Positions 51,701-63,880 of a stretch of 64,000 bases of DNA are shown here, one piece after another. This DNA comes from Tubulanus polymorphus (lineage: Eukaryota; Animalia; Nemertea): positions 2,914,001 to 2,978,000 of the forward strand of contig NC_134036.1 in the NCBI RefSeq assembly GCF_964204645.1, in the 5' to 3' direction. How positions within the stretch are numbered: position 1 is the stretch's first letter; every line of letters begins with the position of its first letter. The translations under genes and the position numbers were made by a program. The notes below the pieces were generated by a model. It was not told the DNA's origin. It did no database searches and saw only the letters and a program-made list of their open reading frames with translations.

Positions 51701-54700
51701 ATGACCAGTTTTTGAAAGTGTGCTGATATATGTCCAATATTTGGTGTATGTAGTATATTTTCAATTATGCATATTAGGAAGAATGATAATCATGTTTCGA
51801 ATGTCTATGGTGCAGGGACCACACTATAGGGTATGGGTGCCTGCATTGACAAATCTCAAAGCTTAGCCAAATATTCTATCGTGTTTTTTTTCTATCATTC
51901 TAGGTCAGCTCAATAATTTTCCGTACCTGGTTCGTCTATTGCCCTCCGATATTCTGCAGAGCATGGCTCTAGTTGATCTGGTGAAATATTTCGGCTGGAA
52001 GAAAATGGCCATCATCACCTCTAATTCCGACTACGGTAAGCGAGGATGATTTTCGATGGATAAGTTTGAAAGACTTGTATGTTATAATGTAATTGAAATC
52101 ATAATTTTATGGTCACAATCCTAGATTAAGAGTGTAACAATCTCGGATTGATAGGTCTTGATTGATAGGATTGATATTCTCTATACTTGTACTGTAACAA
52201 TTATGCTGATTCGAATAGAAAAATTAAGCTAAATTCAACGTCAACATTGACAATAAAGCTAGATCGTAGACATCTTTTCTAACTTGTTTCTGTTATGAAA
52301 TTGTCGATTGATAGTTTTGTATTATAGGTACGAATGGTCTGGTGCGGTTTCAGGCCGAAGCTGGCAAACTAGAATGGAGAATAGTAGGTGTACAACAGTT
52401 TAGCGTAACTAACAACGCATCGCAGGTCGATGCAAGAACCCAACTGTTAAACATTAGGTCAACCGGTAAGCTGCCTTCGAATCTTTCTCGGGAAGATTCT
52501 CAACCGGTACGATCCCAAATTAGGTTTCACGTCAAATAAAGGCATGATATTCATGTTTTCCAGGCGTCAGAGTTGTGATATTGAATTGTCTGGCTGTTTT
52601 CGGATCGGTGGTGTTAAAACAAGCCCGTGATCTTGGTATGACATCAGCTGGATGGGCGTGGATCGTTACTGATGGAATGACCGGTTCTGTAAGTGCACAT
52701 TCAGACCCCACTAGTATAAAGCTACAAAATTGATACCATGTTTCTCATTTCTTTTGAGCTTAAAAGTTGTCTACCCTGTACATAACTTTAAAAAAGAAAC
52801 ATGAACAGGCTAACCATAACAGACCCGACATATAGAAATAAGCTGATTACAAACTTGGATCCACCCTGAATTTTGTTCCCGAATGTCAACAGATCACAAT
52901 TGATCTAAAACTGGCAAATAACAAATTTGCATGCCGTGATAGATGGTTTCTTATATATTCTTCATACCGAAATTTTTTTGGTCCCTAAATACATATTTTT
53001 TTCGAACAGGAAACGTTGATCGAATCGTTTCCAGTACCGGATTTTCTACAAGGTCTGATCGGCACAGCACCGGTTAACGGACTAGGCGCGCTGACCGACT
53101 TTAAGGACGAATGGATGAGTTTAAACACGACTGAGTATCCCGGTGCTGGACACGAGATGGATGTGAGTATATGTGGAAAGATCTCGTAGCCCCTTCTCCG
53201 GATTTCCCGTTTCATCTACATACTTCAATAGTGAAAAGACGCTCGAAATTGAGCTAGATATGACTTTAGTTTGGTCAAATGATCATTGGTAGCAGTTCAA
53301 CTTGTCTGAACTCATTTTATCATCGAGTCCAACTTACCCACTTTTATTGGTCTTATTGGCATTAAAAACTGATTTGGAAATATTTCCATTGTTGTGTCGG
53401 ATGATCAAATCCCTGGCCGGATAGACTATTAACTTGTCTCACCAATTCCGCTTAAAATATTTCTACTTCAGGTCTATGCTAGTAGTATTGCCGATGCTGT
53501 ATTAACGTTTGCGTACGCCGCTGGTGCCATGTTCAACAATAGTATCTATTCTAACGTTACTTCCGTATCTCTCAACTGCGACAGTATCTCCGACCCTCCG
53601 TGGCCTTACGGGCAGATAATGTTAGATTACATATTACAAGTAGGTTCAAACGAGTCTTAATACTTTGACGCTGATGTCGAAATTTGGTCGGAAAAGTTTA
53701 AAGAATGTCTCGAGAATTAGACGCGATTATTGTATATTTGTTTTAGGTGAACGAAGACGCAGTTATGGATAGACTGCAGTTCGGTACGAATCAAGAACCG
53801 CTTCATCCGAAATTCGAAATCGTCAACATGAAGCCATACGGCTGGCAAAAGGTGCTACACATCTCGAAAGTCTTTTCAAACTGGTCAAATACCTTTTCTC
53901 CACGGTTGAAAATAATTCTAAATGTAGATGTATTTGCAAATGCCTCTTGAAAATGTTTTCTCGGATTTGGTTGCCTCATGAATAACTTTTCTACAATTTG
54001 GCTGCATTATTTTTGTAAAGACCTTCGAGGAATATATCTGAGAAGAATTTACATAATTACTTATGCCTTTGCAAAAAGCCTTTTTCAGTTTGTAACATAC
54101 TAACTATTTTCTCATCCTTCTTTTCGTCTATTCAGGTCGGGAGATGGAACAAAACGCACAGTCTGGAGATGACGCTTCCCGACAACATCACCTTGTTCGG
54201 AGGTCGGTCGAATATCGTCGATTACGTCACCGAACTGGCGAATAAAACGTTGCGTATCGTGACGATCGTCGAGAAACCGTTCGTGATGCCGATCAGAACT
54301 CCTGCTAACCCGCTAGACGTGCAGCCCGACGAAGTGGAAGGTTTATATCAATTAAACATATTTTAATATATTACTTAAGATTGCGTTCGTGTGATACGTG
54401 AAAGTTACAGCATTGTTTTTCTATTGAATATGTACATTAGAACGAAACTATGTACCAGATACTGTCGTCGTAAAGAATTGGGCATTGAAATTTGGTGTGG
54501 TAGTCAATCATTGTATGAACTGACGTAACGGCTATAAACGGTTATGAAAATGTTCGTGGTAGGGGGAATACGAAAGGCCAACGATCTGTAAAGCAGTTTC
54601 AAAGCATTGCTGCTAAACTATTGAATTAAGTCAAATTACAGATCGCCGATATAAATGAGAATCCCCGTTTCACAAAGCAATATTAGTAAACAATATCGCC

Positions 54701-57700
54701 TTCTATCACTACAAATAAAAAACAGCATTGCTGCCGCTGTTACTAATGAATCTGTTACGTTCTAAAATCGTCAGTACTATTTCTATTTTATTAGTCTGTT
54801 CTTAATAGTCACTTTATTCCTTGAGCCACACGATATCAGTTGTTTCGGATTGTTGAGATGCTTCAACTAGGATAACTACTCAAAATCATACAGTATTAGC
54901 AGCGATGACTAGATCCATTAATCTTCCGATGACATTTCCGAATCTCCCTTGGAAAGACGCTAGAATTGAATGAATTCAATTCGATTGCAGCCCTTGAAAA
55001 GCCGTGAAATCAAATTAATCAAGTCGTTTCAATAAATCTAAGTGAAATCCTTACCCCGGGAGATCATTGGTAGATAACACATCAAACGGCTTTTATTCGT
55101 TACTGATGTAAAAGCGAGTTTGGAAATATTTTAATCCTATATCACACAGTGAGGGCTCACGGGAGCCTTTTAATCTATGTCCATGTTGCCGATGTTGTTG
55201 TTTCAGGCTACGTGATCGATTTGTTGAAGAACATGTCTGGATCGATCGGGTTTAAATATCAGTTGTACCTGATTCCTGATGGACAATTCGGAGCTAAAGA
55301 CGAAGTGACGAAACAGTGGAACGGTATGGTGAAAGAGTTAGTCGATCGGGTAAGTATTAGACATCCACCGATTAACGTTTCGGCCAGATTTTGAGCATAT
55401 AGTTAGCCGGTTATATTGGTAAAGATAATAGTAGAATCCCACAATAAAAGAAGTAATGTCTAAAAAAAAGTTTATTGAAATAATAGAAATATTTCGGGTA
55501 GTAACAACCAAAAATGAAGACATTTTTAGACTGAAGAAGGGTGGTAGCAACCACCTGAAATATTTCTAATATTTTGATAAACTGTTTAGACATTTCTTCA
55601 TTTATTGTGGGATTTCACTATTATCGTTTTATCACGGATGTTGTGAGCTAAAAATGATTTATTGGTAAAGATGCTTCATTCTAAAGAGTACAAATTTTTA
55701 CTCTTTTTTTCTTCTTCAGAGAGCTGATTTAGCTGCAGCGTCGTTCACTATAAACAAAATTCGAGAAACAGATATCGATTTCACGAAACCTTACCTGGAC
55801 CTGGGAACGCGTTTCATTATGAAGGTATGTGAAAACTCTGTAACGATTTTATTGACATCATCAGATCAATCAAGTCATTGGAGAATGCATTTAGATATAT
55901 TAATATATGTAGAAAGGGATGGAGGCAGCCATCTTTTCTGCCTTTCTCCACACGTCCTCAGTTCTGGTGGTCTAATGGAGGAATTAATTGAAGGAAGCCA
56001 TCCATTCAGGATATATCGTCAAAGAATTTATGGAAGCATTTATATTTTCTAGAGATTGGGGTTTCCTTTAGCTTAAACTTTTTATTCCAATAGCGACTAG
56101 TAAATTGAATCGGAGATAGAAATTGGGAATCGAAAAATAGCTACGTCTTTAGTAATGTGACTTTATAAAACTAGATTTGACTTCTTATCTGTTTCCAGAA
56201 AGTCGACCCTGATCCGATCAGCCCGTGGAGGTTCCTTCGACCGTTCAACACGGAAGTCTATCTGTGGATTTTGGGGACTGGTTTTTTTGTGGCGATCATG
56301 GTGTCACTGTTTAATAAACTCAGTCCGTACGATCACCACGGTGGTTTCGTATATAACGATCACTCTGAGATCAGGTTCGTCAGGAGGATGATTGTATTCG
56401 ATGCATTGAAGAATTTAATACAGAATACTTTTACGTTCGTTGTTTTCAAATCATTGGACCTTTTTTTACATTTTCATCTTTATGTGCAACTTCTATTGTC
56501 TTTGATGCATTGAAGAACATTTGATATCGAACATTTGAAGTTTTCGTCATTTTCATCATGATTTTTGCGATACCATTTTTGCCCAATTCTCAAAACGATA
56601 TCGTTGTATTTCATTGCAGAAGTCAGCGCGAGATAGTGAAGTATAAGAAAGAAAAGAGGCGAGCTTTGCGTGCGCTGAATTTTAGTAACGCTTTATGGTT
56701 TTCTGTTGGATCACTTTTACAGCAAGGCGGTGATGAAAATCCCAACTCACTTTCAGGTACATATATATTCAGGCTCCAAGTATCTGAAAATTGTTTCATA
56801 TTTTCCAATCTAAGCTTTTGTAAAAGGATACCTTGTTTCTCCTAATTGGCCGGGTCACTTTTGTAAATTGCAATAAAATTTGTAGCCAGTTCATTTCTAT
56901 AACTGCTGGGTCTTTTTTTAGCTTGATCATGAAATGAACAGGGTAGAGGGGTCTACTTTTAAACTCAGCAGAAAGGAGAAACAAGTTAGCAATTTCTTTA
57001 GCCTAATCGGATGTATTCTGTAATTTCAGCTCGGATCCCTACCATTCTCTGGTGGTTAGGAATCATGATATTCGTGGCGACTTACACGGCGAACTTGGCC
57101 GCGTTTCTGACCGCAAGTCGGCTGGACAATACTATCAACTCTGTCGAAGATCTTGGCTCGCAGACGATAGTTAAATACGGTAAAATTGCAATACATGTGA
57201 AATCCGTTGATTGATAAAGAAAATAAAATAAATACGATTCTGTAAAAATATGGCGGATCCTCATGTAGTATTTTCATTTGACAGGCACAGTTACAAACAG
57301 CGCACCGTTCGTTTACTTCAAAGATTCGAACATTACTTTATTCAAACAAATGAAAGAATTCATGATCAACAAGAAGACATTGGTGAAGTCATCGGATGTG
57401 GGAGTTGAGTTGGTACGTCATCTACCTCTGTACAGTAGCATACATCATCATTTGATACAAATCATCTTCACACAACTCATCCTGTCATGTGGCATGTGTT
57501 CTTGATTTCCTTGTCTTCTTTTATCTTTTTATATCAACCTTTATTTCACACAGAGTAAATAAACTCATGCTTGCTGAAGTCCAAAGGACATTATTAGCAA
57601 TACATAGAAAGAATTATGTATGTTATGTAATTGATGAAATGTTGTTACTTAGATTACAAGAATCTACATTTGAATGATATAACAGATATTTATAGCAAGG

Positions 57701-60300
57701 AACTTTCTTGACTTCTTGGCTTGATTGTTATGAGCCATTACAAAGTGACCTGTCTATAGAAATTGATATGTCCTCTTTCAACTTTTCACATGAGGTTTTG
57801 AATCTGAATTGAGCAGATTGACAAGTTGTCGGCCATGGTACAGTACCGACATTTGGACATATTGACGTTTCTTATACCATGTGGGGTGTGCTTGTGTCAG
57901 AATTAAGTTGTAGGTGCTGGGATAGTTAAACTACAACGACAATCAATTACTGACGAAAGATCAACGTTGGTTATGCATCGTTATTACTGATTACTGTAGG
58001 ATGCAAGTGGTCAAGGGAGAACATTTTATTTGGAAATTGAAAAGTAGCTCTGGATTATCTGGTATAGTTACAGGTACATTACTTTCTGTTTCAGACACGT
58101 ACTAGCGATTACGCGTTCATCTGGGATTCGGCCGTTCTCGATTACGTCGTCGAACAGCAGCCGTGCAATCTGAAAAGTGTCGGTCGTCTGTTCGGTAAAA
58201 TCGGATACGGATTTGGGCTGCAGAAAAACTCGCCGTACACGGAAATACTTTCCGGTCATATACTGCGTCTCAGAGAGATTGGCTTCATGGAAAAATTGCA
58301 ACGTAAATGGTAAGTAAGATAAAATCCCACTATTTACAGATTAAAAGAATTTAAAAACCAGAATTTATTTATTAAATCTAAAATATTTAAAAGACACGAC
58401 GTTTCGATCTCACCCTAGAGATCATCGTCAGGTGTGCAATGACGATGATCTCTAGGGTGAGATCGAAACGTCGTGTCTTTTAAATATTTTAGATTTAATA
58501 AATAAATTCTGGTTTTTGAATTCTTTTAATCTGTAAATAGTGGGATTTTATCTTATTATCCGTTCACCACGTTTGAGTGTGGTCATCGTTCTAAATGGTA
58601 AGTGTTGTGTGTAGTCAGAGGACACAGACATTGTTCCTACTCCAGGTAACCAGGCCTTGCAGCCAAGTGACTACGCCATATCAATTGTCATTAAATAAGC
58701 AATATGTGATAACACAAAAGATCCTCGAAGTTTGTATACGCTAACTGTTTTTTGAGGTATGGCAAATATTCGGCATAGTCTATGACGTTACGTGCAAAAC
58801 TTTACAAAAACGTACAAGATATCATAGGTACTGTTTAGCCCATTGGTATCAAGAAGGCAAATACACTTGTTGCTATTATGTGCTACATTCTCTAGGTATG
58901 TGGAGCGTGGTGAATGTGCTAAACCGGAGGATTCGGCGACTATTACACAAGAGATCACAACAGCTGGAGGACAAATCGGTGTAGAACACATGCGTGGTGT
59001 ATTCTGGATTATCTACGTCGGTTTAGGGATCAGTGTACTGGTACTGGTGGCCGAGTGGATTCTAGCATCTCTATTCAGTATCGACAAAGAGGACCCAGAG
59101 GTAAGTCCTGTCATCGGGAAATCTTTGTATCTTCGTGTTTTCATTAAGAATCGTATGAAATCTAAAAACTGAGCTCCAAAGTTATAGACAAATATATGTC
59201 GTTGGGTTATTGCCATCTTTGTGTTTCGATTAAGATTCATATCAACATCGACAACTGAACACGAGTTCTCGTCCAATAGTTGCAAAATATCACGCGTTGG
59301 GTCATTTCAATGTCCAAAAACCATTCCGACTTTACCATGATAATGTCTGTACTACTTAATGGCTTAAGTGCATCCGCTCATGTACTTCTGGTTCCAGAGA
59401 TGCTGGAAAGCCAAGCATTTGCTTTGCTTACCAACCGTTCTTTTAGAGATTTTACTTTGGTTTTTCATCTAATAATGAGTATAAATAATCGGGGATGGTG
59501 ATTCTGAACATGGAACTTCTAGGACATCCTTGTTTTTCTCAGTTGACCATATCACACCAAGGAACTTGATGTATATATTTCACTCATCTGTGTCTCTACA
59601 TTCCTTGTTGTTCTCGGTATAGTTGAGCTAGACGAATTTTTTGGCAATTTCTTTTATACAATCTTTTTAGAAACCTCATTCGTTTTGCGAAGCGATCTCG
59701 AAACGTCTGAATCTGATGATCGCTGATATGAAAACGGACTGGTTACCGGCTTATTGTAGATCGTCGTGTTGTGGCGCGAAGGTCGACGCTGAAATACCCA
59801 TCCGTTCTTCCGGTCTGGTCGTCGGTGACGTCAATCAGCGCCGGCCCAGTAACAGCTCGTTCCCGATGAGTTATTTCGCTAAACGAAAAGCGTCCTCAGG
59901 CGGCAGTGAGGTGCTTCGCGAGAAGGGATTTTCGAGTATCGGTAAGCACGATTCGACCGATACGTTTTTGTCGGTATTGAGTTCGGCTGATGTGATTGTC
60001 GGAACCGGAAAGGCGTCATACGGAGCCGGCGGTCGATCGTTGCAGACTATCGGTTCCGAATACTCGAACGGAAGTGTGTACACGATACCGCTAGAAACGC
60101 CAACGCCCTCTATTGACGACAAACTGAATCTTAAAATCACCGCCGGTCGAGTTGAGGAGTACAAAACAGACGACGATTCGGCGTCGAACGGGGTTGGTGT
60201 ACCCCATCGCACAACCGCGCCCTCTAGTGTCGATAGCGATATGGACGTTTCACTTAACAGTACTATACATTTACCACCCGACGATGTGGTTGACATCTAA
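48769..60300 (+). CDS. Ionotropic glutamate receptor subunit (non-NMDA layout, Epsilon-like), 19 coding exons
   Basis: Exons 48769-48874, 50573-50728, 51180-51314, 51904-52035, 52328-52465, 52564-52688, 53010-53162, 53472-53639, 53747-53851, 54136-54340, 55207-55349, 55720-55824, 56199-56374, 56620-56756, 57030-57179, 57285-57412, 58095-58309, 58896-59100, 59671-60300. Motifs RIGGIF, GYVIDLL, WNGMVKELV, RETDIDFTKPY, LWFSVGSLLQQG, TYTANLAAFL, AFIWDSAVLDY, M4. Confidence 0.95.
50090..50350. repeat. Degenerate intronic repeat (ttgattactgagtaattt / gggtcttaccccctt, x3)
   Basis: Recurring motifs at ~50090, 50131, 50147, 50226, 50287 and 50334. Confidence 0.6.
51380..51770. repeat. ~109-bp tandem repeat x4 in iGluR intron 3
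   Basis: tgaagtgtgga..a.ca.tttt.gaaa...gctgataaaatgtctaatatctggtgtttg at 51381, 51490, 51599 and 51691. Confidence 0.9.
55427..55659 (+). mobile_element. Older Penelope-type mini-insert with inverted arms, a hammerhead and a 13-bp TSD (iGluR intron 11)
   Basis: TSD tattggtaaagat at 55414-55426 and 55660-55672. Imperfect inverted repeat ~55424-55510 versus ~55543-55625. Confidence 0.8.
55526..55569 (+). ncRNA. Minimal type I hammerhead ribozyme
   Basis: UUAGA-CUGAAGA-A-GGGUGG(UAGCAA)CCACCU-GAA-AUAU-U|UCUAA: 5-bp stem I, 6-bp stem II closed by G.U, palindromic stem III (AUAU). Confidence 0.75.
58316..58591. mobile_element. Young Penelope-type mini-insert: palindrome with 116-bp arms, 36-nt tail and 12-bp TSD (iGluR intron 17)
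   Basis: Arms 58315-58430 and 58440-58555 have one mismatch. TSD taaatggtaagt at 58304-58315 and 58592-58603. Confidence 0.9.
58394..58435 (-). ncRNA. Minimal type I hammerhead ribozyme
   Basis: ACAC-CUGACGA-U-GAUCUC(UAGGGU)GAGAUC-GAA-ACGU-C|GUGU. The + strand mirror copy lacks C3 and the 5' strand of stem I. Confidence 0.85.
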
Positions 60301-60771
60301 CGCCTCCTGGTGTAGAAACTAGTGTCATATGATAGAATCGAAAGGCAATCTGTGAATTTTAAAAACAAATTGAACAAGCATAATCTGTATTTAATCGGGC
60401 AGGGCTGATTTTGGTCTTATTTAATGAACCTATGGTGGGAATATCAATAGCCACATAAATCCAAAGCTAAAATCCGCACCGAACTACATCAAGGGCCTTG
60501 GACTGCTCCATATCGAAAAATGAAAAATGCTCAAATATAATTATCTCGTAAAATGTCTAATGTATTTGATTATTTCTAATCTGTTTTTGTAGAGGTTAAT
60601 ATAGAAAAACGTGATTTGAATGTTCGTTGTCCGTTATAGAAAGTAAAATATTGAAAAAACACGTTTTAGCAATGTTACTACAATTATCTGATAAATCGAT
60701 GGTGGTCATACTGTTGTGCGTTCGCTTTCAGCTCGATGATCGTTTCATACAGATCGGTTTATACGGTCATG

Positions 60772-60988
60772 AGGCTAAAAAGATTGATACCTTGTTTCTC
60801 AATTCTGCTTCAGCTTAAAAGTTGACCCGTCTCGCCGCCTATCTATCCCGTTACTTTAGAAAAAGTCATGATCAAGCTGATAATAACAGATCCGGTAGTC
60901 ATAGAAATGAACTTAATACAAATTCTATTCCAGTTTACAAAAGTGACCCGACCGATTAGAAGAAACAAGGTATCATTTTATTTGGCCT
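60772..60988. mobile_element. MITE family B, copy 2
   Basis: Colinear with 14262-14497. TIR aggctaaaaa..tgataccttgtttct...agaaacaaggtatca...ttggcct. Confidence 0.8.
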
Positions 60989-62074
60989 AACGCCGCATTG
61001 GATCATTCTATTACACATAAAGCCCGGCCGCTATATACGTGACCGTCTATATGAAGGGTCAAGGTCACTTATATTTTGGTGCCTGTTAGTGGAATTCCCC
61101 GTCAAAATACGACAGAAGTGACGAAGTTTTAGCCTCTAAATCGCCGACCAACGTCGTTAAGCTTTTCATATCGGAATTGGTGGTATTGGGCACGTTCTGA
61201 AGGTTTCGGAGGACAGGATAATGTGGTAAATGAATGTGGTATGTCGCCAAAATGGTGCTGGAGTTTTCAGATCTGTGCTCAATGCGAAGTATGATGTCAA
61301 ATACAGTGTTTGCTTGCTTTACTACTTTTTCTAATGGATTAAACATTGAACTTGGCCTATTTTGGATTGTCAGCACGAACCATAGCTGCGAAAAAGACAG
61401 ATTACATTACATTGTTTATTTGTGAATGGATAAATATTGGATATAGCAAGGTCGTAGATGGACATGGATGCTGACTGAAAGTCATTAAACAATCATATAT
61501 TTGTGACAGTGGTAAATGACTCCGTAGTTGTAAGTAACTCTTTCGTTTCACACTTTCATGACTATCATCTTTTGTTAATCTTTCCAAAATTCGACTGTTG
61601 AAGTTCGATTAAAACCTCGCCATGTTTACTGGAGTTAGGTAGACTGGCTTTTTTCAAACCATCAATGCATCAAATATCATTGAAATCCGTGAAATTCGAT
61701 TTTAGTAGGGGAGCTGCCGGGTCCTCTCTTGCAAAGTTATAACAGTATTTGTTATCGCTTCAGTTTCAATTGCTGTATCTGTCAGAATTCTTCAACCATT
61801 AGACCTGTAGCTGTTGTCTTGAAAGTTTTATATCAATTTTTGTCCGATAGATTCTAAAAAGCGGGGTCGAAAAAATTCGTGTTGATTTTGTGAAATCAAG
61901 TTATACTTAATCTTTTTTCGATGTTTTATTCCAGGAAAAACTTTCAGGATTGAGCATTAATTCCTCAGAATTCATGCACTTTTCGATCGATGTAGGATCT
62001 CGATAGGTATGGATGGTGACGTCATGGTCTTTTGTCCAAATGCGGATATCTGTGAGTGTTTACCGATCACAATC

Positions 62075-62303
62075 GGGCGGACCGGATGGCTTAGTCGGTC
62101 GGCGACTAGCGTGTCACCGCTGTGGCCCAGGTTCGAGTCTCGGAGGAGGCGGGTCAGGATGTGGCAATTGATCTCCGGTAAGCGGGCGAGTCGAGAGTAC
62201 TGTCCTCCCTGGAATGAGGTTGCTAATGCGTGAGTCCTACAAAATATCTGGCGTGGGGTAAATTATGTTTAATTCAGTCGTTTCTGGCTGAATTATTTAT
62301 TTA
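62075..62303 (+). mobile_element. tRNA-derived SINE
   Basis: A box TGGCTTAGTCGG (62087-62098), B box GGTTCGAGTCT (62130-62140), a GC-rich body and an (ATTT)n-like tail. It does not fold as a proper cloverleaf. Confidence 0.7.
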
Positions 62304-63049
62304 TCCCACAATGCCGGTCCAGGTTGCGGAGTAATTCCCCCAGGGACCTTCGACTTTTTTACAATATTAGTTTGTTATTTTAAGTTGATTGGTGAGGGTT
62401 TGGCCAAACTTTTTATTTTTCTTTATTCCTCAAAGAAATTGAAGAAAATCGCAGCATAAATTCCGTAGATCTTTATGAGTAGTTCGGTGATCAATCTTCA
62501 AGTTCATTTCTCAAGTGATGGAAAAAATTCAGTATTTTTTAAAATTCGCCGGATTCCAATCAGAGTAGATATGTACGCGGCGATGTCTGGTGAACGTGTG
62601 TATAAAATCGGCTAAAAACGACTATCCAATAGAGAATCACTCACTGGAGACTTGCCATACGCTCTACTACACAATAGTCCCGCGTGACTGCACAAACCCT
62701 CAAGCTAAATTCTAGATTCCTGAAGCAAAATTATTAAAAGAGTAAGATTGAGTTTATGATATAGTTCAAAAACAGACAAATTAGAGAGGAAATCTACTCT
62801 AAAGTTTGTTGGATAGCTTAGATAAAATTTCAGCATGAAACTTGAAGCTAAAATCGTCGCATTCGATATTTTATCTATAACGATATGTGTCCCTTGAATA
62901 GTGGAATTAAACTCGATGACCTGTGATCCCCATAGAAAATGTTTGGCACGAATTGAATGGTTCTCGAGGATTAGCGTCACGGACTTGGGCCTACCACAGA
63001 AATGCGCGATCGAGCCTTCTGATTGATCCATTTCGGTCGCCTCGATGAT

Positions 63050-63375
63050 GCAACGTTGCTGATTGGTTGACGTAGGTATTAGAAGCGCGGTTCGAGCCGC
63101 CCGGTGCCAGTCCGAGAACTGATGTCCAGAGATGAAGGTCAACCAATAAGAGCTCTGCAACAAGGCGTGAAAAACGTGTGGCTTCAAGCGAACAACTTAG
63201 CGGCCGATGATGTTAGGACACCGAATAAGTACGCGATGATTGCAGCTGCTGGGACTGAGCAGATACCTGGCGGAACACAGACTGCTGATGCAACTGCTGC
63301 TGGTGCGATGTCGATTTCCAAATACAAGAGTATGGATAACTAAGAGAGATTGCTGATTTCATTTTGATCAGGTTA
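63050..63375 (+). promoter_or_regulatory. Possible promoter and first exon of a downstream gene
   Basis: CpG-rich patch with ATTGG/CCAAT boxes and TGACGT, ending at a candidate donor cag|gttagg at ~63372. Confidence 0.3.
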
Positions 63376-63551
63376 GGTATTTACAGCTTTTTCGCCTTGA
63401 ACCAGTTAGAACCGAGTTTGACACGATGAAAACATTTCCAAAATTCTCCAATTTGTTCAGCTGGATTAAAGTTTAGACATTGCTGTTATAACGAAAACCA
63501 AACCAAACCCAAATTGACATTCAGTTTATTTTATCTTTTTTTGAATTTGAC

Positions 63552-63880
63552 AGCAGCACCATCTTCAAACCTCGAGATGCAGACTCTACTCGGACTACAG
63601 CACCATCTTCAAACCTCGAGATGCAGACTCTACTCGGACTACAGCACCATCTTCAAACCTCGAGATGCAGACTCTACTCAAACTACAGCAACATCTTCAA
63701 ACCTCCAGACGCAGACTCTACTCCGACTACAGCAACGTCATCAAACCTCCAGACGCAGACTCCGACTGCAGCACCATCTTCAAACCTCAAGGCGCAGACT
63801 CCGACTACAGCACCACCTTCAAACCTCGAGATGCAGACTCTACTGACTACAGCACCATCTTCAAACCTCAAGGCGCACTC
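63552..63880. repeat. ~39-44 bp minisatellite, ~7-8 copies
   Basis: Unit cagcaccatcttcaaacctcgagatgcagactctactcggacta. Confidence 0.95.

Noticed and set aside
56690-56760. Q/R-site editing structure in the iGluR
   Set aside because: CAG CAA codons are present but no complementary intronic sequence was found by eye.
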